64,000 nt of DNA from Candidatus Sumerlaeaceae bacterium. GTDB taxonomy: Bacteria > Sumerlaeota > Sumerlaeia > Sumerlaeales > Sumerlaeaceae. The notes below the pieces were generated by a model. It had not been told where the DNA came from. It made no database searches and saw only the letters and a list, made by a program, of their open reading frames with translations. Each line of letters opens with the position of its first letter. The stretch's first letter is position 1. Where the stretch lies: NCBI GenBank assembly GCA_051003195.1, contig JBPCLP010000011.1, positions 64,001 to 128,000 on the forward strand, read 5' to 3'. Shown piece by piece: positions 58,881-64,000 of the stretch. Made by a program: the position numbers and the translations under genes.

Positions 58881-60599
58881 ATGATTAACCTGGATGCGCA
58901 ACGCACCCACACAGAGTTCCCTCGCCATTTTGTAGCCGAGGATGCAGACCTCGGCGATTGGACGACGCTTGAGAAGTATTTCGAAGAGCTGCAGGCCCGA
59001 CCTGTAGATGAGCCGTCACAACTCGAAAGATGGCTCACCGATCTTTCCGAGGTATCCGCCGCGATCTCAGAAGAGTCTGCCGCCCGCTATATTGCCATGA
59101 CGTGCCAGACCGATGACCCGGCACTCGAGAAGGCTTACCTTCATTACGTCGAGCATATCCTTCCCCAGACGGAGCCACGCTTTTTCGAGTTGAGCAAGAA
59201 GTACCTGGCAAGCCCGGCGAGACAGCAGCTTTCAAAAGATCGGTTTTTCGTTTTCGACCGGGCGCGCGAGAACGAAGTTGCGCTGTTTCGCGAGGAGAAT
59301 ATTCCACTGCAAACGCAAGACGACGTCCTGCGCCAGCAGTACCAGAAAACCTGCGGCGAGCAGACGGTGGAGTTTGATGGGCGCGAGCAGACGCTCCCCC
59401 AGCTGGCTAAATACCTCGAGGAAACGGATCGCGCTAAACGCAAAGCGGCGTGGAATGCTTCGGTGGTCAGGCAATTACAGGATCGCGAGAAGATGGAAGA
59501 CTTCTTCGAGCAGATGCTGGAACTCCGCGGCAAAATTGCCGCCATTTCCGGGTTCGACAATTACCTCGAATACATGTTTCGCCGGTTGGGCCGCTTCGAC
59601 TATTCTCCTCTGGATTGCCGTAAGTTCCAGGAGGCCATCGAACGCGATGTAATGCCGGTCAGGCGCAAGTTGCGCGAGCGCAGGAAAGCAGAACTCGGGC
59701 TGGAGAAGCTTGCCCCATGGGACCTCGACGTGGATCCGCAGGGCAGGCCGCCACTCCGGCCTTTCAACGATGCGCAGGAACTCATTGAGGGCGCGGACAG
59801 AATCTTTGATGCAGTATCGCCCCTGCTTTCCAAAGATTTCGACGTCCTGAAGTCACGCAATCTGCTCGACCTGGATAGCCGAAAGGCGAAGGCGCCCGGT
59901 GGTTACCAAAGCACTTTGGACGAAGCACGCCTACCTTTCATATTCATGAACGCCGCTGGTCGCAACCAGGATGTTTTCACGCTGCTTCATGAAGGAGGAC
60001 ACGCGTTCCATGCGCTGGCACACAGGTACGAGCCGCTGCATGCTTACCGTGACGCGCCGATTGAATTTTGCGAAGTCGCAAGCATGGGCATGGAGATGAT
60101 GGCGTGCGAGAGACTTACGTCTTTCTATAAGCCCGAAGAGGCACAGCGAGCCCGCACCATGCACCTTCAGGACACCATTATATTACTGCCGTGGATCGCA
60201 CGCATTGATGCATTCCAGCACTGGATCTATACTCACCCTTCTCACACGCGGGAAGAGCGCAAGCAACAGTGGCTGGAACTGGACGCGCGTTTTGGAGACG
60301 ACCTCGACTGGAGTGAACACCCGGAGTGGCGTGAGTGCTCCTGGATTCGCCAGCTTCACCTGTTTTGTGTGCCATTGTACTATGTTGAGTACGGAATTGC
60401 CCAGCTTGGTGCGCTCCAGCTGTGGGTAAATTACCTGCGCGATCAGCAGGCAACGATCGACAGGTATCGAAGCGCGCTTGCGTTAGGAAGTTCCAAACCG
60501 CTGCCGCAATTGTTTGAGGCAGCCGGTATTCGATTCGCATTCGATTCACAAACCATCGGGCCGCTGATGGAAAAAGTCAGCTCTGAGCTGGTCGCGTGA
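58881..60599 (+). CDS. M3 family oligoendopeptidase (PepF-like)
   Basis: K.PGGY, FIFMN, HEGGHAFH, EVASM, YYVEY. Confidence 0.92.
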   Translation: MINLDAQRTHTEFPRHFVAEDADLGDWTTLEKYFEELQARPVDEPSQLERWLTDLSEVSAAISEESAARYIAMTCQTDDPALEKAYLHYVEHILPQTEPRFFELSKKYLASPARQQLSKDRFFVFDRARENEVALFREENIPLQTQDDVLRQQYQKTCGEQTVEFDGREQTLPQLAKYLEETDRAKRKAAWNASVVRQLQDREKMEDFFEQMLELRGKIAAISGFDNYLEYMFRRLGRFDYSPLDCRKFQEAIERDVMPVRRKLRERRKAELGLEKLAPWDLDVDPQGRPPLRPFNDAQELIEGADRIFDAVSPLLSKDFDVLKSRNLLDLDSRKAKAPGGYQSTLDEARLPFIFMNAAGRNQDVFTLLHEGGHAFHALAHRYEPLHAYRDAPIEFCEVASMGMEMMACERLTSFYKPEEAQRARTMHLQDTIILLPWIARIDAFQHWIYTHPSHTREERKQQWLELDARFGDDLDWSEHPEWRECSWIRQLHLFCVPLYYVEYGIAQLGALQLWVNYLRDQQATIDRYRSALALGSSKPLPQLFEAAGIRFAFDSQTIGPLMEKVSSELVA

Positions 60600-60806
60600 G
60601 TCGGTGCCCAGTTCTCTGGTTCTTATTGAGCGCGATGTAATTTAGCTTTGACATGGGGTGTTCTGTTCCCGGAATCAGGCCCCAACAGCATGGGAAATGC
60701 TTTGTTTTGCTGCACTTGCATAGTCCCATGTTGTGCCGACGCGAGTCGGCCCAGATCCGCTTGAGGGGTGGATTCTGGGAAACTGATGAAAGGAGGCTAA
60801 ATAAAC

Positions 60807-60950
60807 ATGAAGGCTCTTGTAATCGCCGCAATCGCGGTCGTTTCTGTGGTGTCGGTCACTGGTTGTTGCCGCACGCGTAGCGCCACTGCTTGTGCTCCGA
60901 TGTGTGCGCCGGCTTGCCCGCCGCCCATGCCTATGCAAATGGAGAAGTAA
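60807..60950 (+). CDS. 47-aa Cys/Pro-rich lipoprotein (not in ORF track)
   Basis: AGGAGG RBS; MKALVIAAIAVVSVVSVTGCCRTRSATACAPMCAPACPPPMPMQMEK; terminator follows. Confidence 0.8.
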   Translation: MKALVIAAIAVVSVVSVTGCCRTRSATACAPMCAPACPPPMPMQMEK

Positions 60951-60980
60951 AATCAGGGTCGGTTGGGCCCTACCGATCAT

Positions 60981-61012
60981 CTGCCGGTACGCGAAAGCGT
61001 ACCGGCAGTTTT
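60981..61012 (+). terminator. Rho-independent terminator
   Basis: CTGCCGGTACGC-GAAA-GCGTACCGGCAG-TTTT, perfect 12-bp stem. Confidence 0.85.
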
Positions 61013-61133
61013 CATTTGGAAGAATTTCTACGATCTCGTTTTCTCCCTTTTCTACGCCACCAAATATCTGAATCCGTGTCCTGTAGTAACGCACGGCGTG
61101 GAAGCGGGAGGGTTTCCGCAACGCGTTCCTGAT

Positions 61134-61206
61134 GGGCCGTTAGCTCAATTGGTAGAGCAGCAGACTCTTAATCTGTTGGTTGTAGGTTCGAGTCCTACAC
61201 GGCTCA
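61134..61206 (+). tRNA. tRNA-Lys(CTT), CCA not encoded
   Basis: GGGCCGTTAGCTCAATTGGTAGAGC..loop CTCTTAA..GGTTCGAGTCC..ACGGCTCA. Confidence 0.96.
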
Positions 61207-61291
61207 CATCGCTCAATGCATAACCCCCTAATGATGCGCCAGTTGATGGCATCTGTTTTACTTGCGACACTAACAGCCGGGAGAGCAGCGG

Positions 61292-61510
61292 ATGAACGTG
61301 ACCGTGGTTTACATGCTACAGCATGCCAACGAATCCAGAGCCGAAGAACTCAGCATGGATATCGTGAAGGATGGACAGTACTATCCGATTCCCCGCGTCG
61401 GCGAGTTAGTCGACACTGGACAGTCTGTCGCGACCGTTAAGCTGGTTGAATACCTGTACGGACGCGGTATGCAAAGAAAGGTCGTTGTAGTACTCGTACC
61501 GAATCAGTAG
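61292..61510 (+). CDS. Small hypothetical protein
   Basis: 72-aa ORF with GGGAGAG upstream, PIPRVGELV motif. Confidence 0.5.
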   Translation: MNVTVVYMLQHANESRAEELSMDIVKDGQYYPIPRVGELVDTGQSVATVKLVEYLYGRGMQRKVVVVLVPNQ

Positions 61511-61621
61511 TTCATTACCAGACCAAAGGGCAACTTACCCCCGATTCGGCACACAGAACTGGTTCCGAACTAACGATAGTCCAGCTAGTGTGCCGTCCCT
61601 GAAATTCGCGGCATAATTCCT

Positions 61622-62226
61622 GGATTCCGGCTTTTTGGAATCCGCAGCCCTCAGGTTTTTTGCACCGAAGGTGCAGCGGAACACAGCCCAGTGTCAGGAG
61701 CCCACGGCTTTTTGTGGCCGACGCAGCCCTCAGGTTTTTTGCACCGAAGGTGCAGCGGGACTCAGCCCAGGGTAAGGATTCCGGTTTTCTAGAATCCGCA
61801 GCCCTCAAGTTTTTTGCACCGAAGGTACAGCGGAACACAGCCCAGGGTCAGGATTCCGGCTTTATGGAATCCGCAGCCTCAGGTTTTTTGCACCGAAGGT
61901 GCAGCGGGACTCAGCCCAGGGAAAGGAGGCCACGGCTTTTTGTGGCCGAACGCAGCCCTCAGGTTTTTTGCACCGAAGGTGCAGCGGGACTCAGCCCAGG
62001 GTCAGGATTCCGGCTTTTTGGAACCCGCAGCTCTCAGGTTTTTTGCACCGAAGGTGCAGCGGGACTCAGCCCAGGGTCAGGATTCCGGCTTTATGGAATC
62101 CGCAGCCTCAGGTTTTTTGCACTGAAGGTGCAGCGGGACTCAGCCCAGGGAAAGGAGGCCACGGCTTTTTGTGGCCGACGCAGCCCTGGGATATCGATCC
62201 AATTACATCGCGCCCTGAAGGGGCGC
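61622..62226. repeat. Tandem REP/BIME-like array: 7 cores and 8 variable hairpins
   Basis: Core GCAGCCCTCAGGTTTTTTGCACCGAAGGTGCAGCGGGACTCAGCCCAGGG; unit about 75-80 bp. Confidence 0.92.
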
Positions 62227-62298
62227 CGGAAAACGCGCAAATTTATTAGTTCGGCGATCGAAACTCACAACCGCGCACCAGCCGCCGCGCGTCGCTTC

Positions 62299-63822
62299 TC
62301 ACGCCACCTCTTTGCGCATCTTCGCGCTGAGAATGCGTAACTGCTCCCGATATTTTGCCACCGTGCGTCGCGCGATGTTAACGCCCTTCTGCCGAATCAG
62401 TTCTGCGAGCCGCTGATCGCTGTAGGGTTTCTTGGGATTCTCGCCTGCAATCAGCTCCGCCAGCATTTCCTTAATGGACGTACTGCTGGCGTCCTCGCCG
62501 GAATCGGTTTCCAGGCCAGGACTGAAGAAGTACTTTAGCTCGAAGATGCCGCGCGGCGTCTCAATGTACTTGTTTGTCGTAACGCGCGCGACGGTGGACT
62601 CGTGCATCCCCACGACTTCCGCAATTTCTTTAAGCGTGAGCGGCCGCAGCGCGCTTGTTCCCTTTTCCAGGAACTCCTTCTGGAACGTCATCACTGCTTC
62701 TGAGACTTTGAGTATCGTGCTTTTGCGCTTCTCGATGTTTTTGATCAGCCATACCGCCGCCTTGTACTTCTCCATCGCGAACTCTTTGTCCTTCGCTTCA
62801 AAGCTCGCGCCCTGCTGGAGCAGCTGTCGGTAATACCGATTGATACGAAGGCTGCCAGTCTTGCCCTCGTTCAGGTAAATCATATATTTGTCGTCTACCT
62901 TCTTCACATAGACGTCGGGTTGAATATACTTAACGTCTTCAGAGGAGCGGGCACGTCCCGGCTTCGGCTCCAGGTGGGAAATCTGGTGGAACACTTCACG
63001 GACCTGCGGCTCCTCAATCTTAAGATCGCGCGCGATCTCTTTGAACTTCTTCTTCTGCAGGCGGTCCAGGTGGTGCTCGACGATTGCGAACACCAGTTTA
63101 TCTCGCACCCCGCGATTCTCCAGTTGCAGGCGCAGGCATTCGGATAAGTTCCGCGCGCCAACACCCACCGGGTCGAAGGTCTGAATGACGCGCAGTACCT
63201 GCTCAATTTCCCTCACGTCACATTTCAGTTCGGCTGCAAGATCCTCCAGCGGAACACGAAGGTACCCGTCGTCATCGAGGCTACCGATAATGTAGTCGCC
63301 AATTTCAACCTGCTTCTTGTTGAGCGCGCTGACGTGGAGCTGCCATTTCAGGTTGTCATACAGGTTTTCCCGCAGAGCCACATAGTCGGCGAAATCGCGT
63401 TCCTCTTCCTGGGGTTCACTGGGGGTGTATACGCGGCTTTCCGCATCGTCGTAGTATTCCTCCCAGTTGAGGTCCATGTCGCCCATGTGATGGTCATCGG
63501 TGGTGGTTTCGGTTCCCGCTTCAATTACGGCAACGGAGGGCGCCGCGTCTTCAGGCGAACTATACGTGAAATCGATTACCGAGGGTGCATCTTCACCCGA
63601 CTGCTGCTCAGGCGACTCGCCTTCCGGGGTCTGCACCTTTTCCTCGTCGGAATTTTCTACATCTTCTGCAATTTCAAGAAAGGGGTTCTCGACCATCTCC
63701 TGTGTCGCAAGTTGCTCGAGTTCCTGTGCCGACATCTGCAGCAGTTGAATGGACTGCTGCATCTGCGGAGTCATTATCAGCTTTTGCGTTTGCTTCTGAA
63801 CCTGGTTGAGCGAAAGAGCCAT
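62299..63822 (-). CDS. rpoN: RNA polymerase sigma-54 factor
   Basis: MTPQMQQSIQLLQ, PVGVGARNLSECL, HESTVAR, ARRTVAKYR (RpoN box). Confidence 0.97.
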   Translation of the reverse strand: MALSLNQVQKQTQKLIMTPQMQQSIQLLQMSAQELEQLATQEMVENPFLEIAEDVENSDEEKVQTPEGESPEQQSGEDAPSVIDFTYSSPEDAAPSVAVIEAGTETTTDDHHMGDMDLNWEEYYDDAESRVYTPSEPQEEERDFADYVALRENLYDNLKWQLHVSALNKKQVEIGDYIIGSLDDDGYLRVPLEDLAAELKCDVREIEQVLRVIQTFDPVGVGARNLSECLRLQLENRGVRDKLVFAIVEHHLDRLQKKKFKEIARDLKIEEPQVREVFHQISHLEPKPGRARSSEDVKYIQPDVYVKKVDDKYMIYLNEGKTGSLRINRYYRQLLQQGASFEAKDKEFAMEKYKAAVWLIKNIEKRKSTILKVSEAVMTFQKEFLEKGTSALRPLTLKEIAEVVGMHESTVARVTTNKYIETPRGIFELKYFFSPGLETDSGEDASSTSIKEMLAELIAGENPKKPYSDQRLAELIRQKGVNIARRTVAKYREQLRILSAKMRKEVA

Positions 63823-63896
63823 GAATTGACCGCCATCTAAATTGAACTTAATCAGCGTGGGAAAGAACGGTTACCGCACTAAGTTCCGCTATGTAC

Positions 63897-63911
63897 GCCA
63901 AAACTATGCCA
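63897..63911 (-). promoter_or_regulatory. Candidate sigma-54 promoter TGGCATAGTTTTGGC upstream of rpoN
   Basis: GG-N10-GC, 75 bp upstream of the rpoN ATG. Confidence 0.5.
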
Positions 63912-64000
63912 GCAAACCTGTTTGACGCCGCTCATCTACCCCGAGTTCCTCAGCAAGGTCTGATTCCTTGATAATTTTGCGAATCGCACTTGCGCTGGTA

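Noticed and set aside
61622..62190. CRISPR array
   Set aside because: The 'spacers' are two recurring hairpins rather than unique sequences, the constant part is about 50 bp, and no cas genes are present
61515..62340. ORFs across the repeat array (e.g. 61660-62340)
   Set aside because: Translations of palindromic repeats with frame-switching units; no RBS or protein features

Overview
Bacterial chromosomal window of moderately high GC. The lineage is inferred, not proven, to be Candidatus Sumerlaeota (BRC1)-like, from the GFTLIELLIVVAIIAILAAIAVPNFLEAQTRAKVSR pilin and the C-terminal 'SVxxWxxY/E' tails. Left part (1-16.2 kb, ending at tRNA-Arg-CCG) is a plastic region. It holds an Sdh1-type succinate dehydrogenase operon bracketed by two near-identical 184-bp MITE-like elements, orphan 3' gene stubs, and a membrane-anchored ECF sigma factor. 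It also has a PAS-PP2C phosphatase, a duplicated and collapsed promoter cassette before a secreted protein + pilin pair, a PGRP-like amidase and a beta-propeller glycosidase. The middle holds yihY, TPP riboswitch-thiC, a possible NTase toxin-antitoxin pair, a partial T2SS/T4P operon, argJ, ispDF and tal-pgi. At 38-51 kb is a uronate-polysaccharide utilisation locus (ExuT-like MFS, heparinase II/III-like lyase, kduD, IolB/KduI-like isomerase, DUF4861, and three uncharacterised secreted proteins, two of them paralogous candidate lyases). The right part holds a GH42-like enzyme, topoisomerase IB, hisD, a CofG-like radical SAM, a cohesin protein, PepF, an unannotated Cys-rich micro-lipoprotein, tRNA-Lys, a REP-like array with higher-order periodicity, and rpoN. 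Most notable: a candidate C-terminal sorting signal linked to pilins, palindromic repeats read in frame inside signal peptides, a candidate new lyase family, and a candidate sigma-54 regulon. All functional calls rest on motif recognition only; no searches were run.
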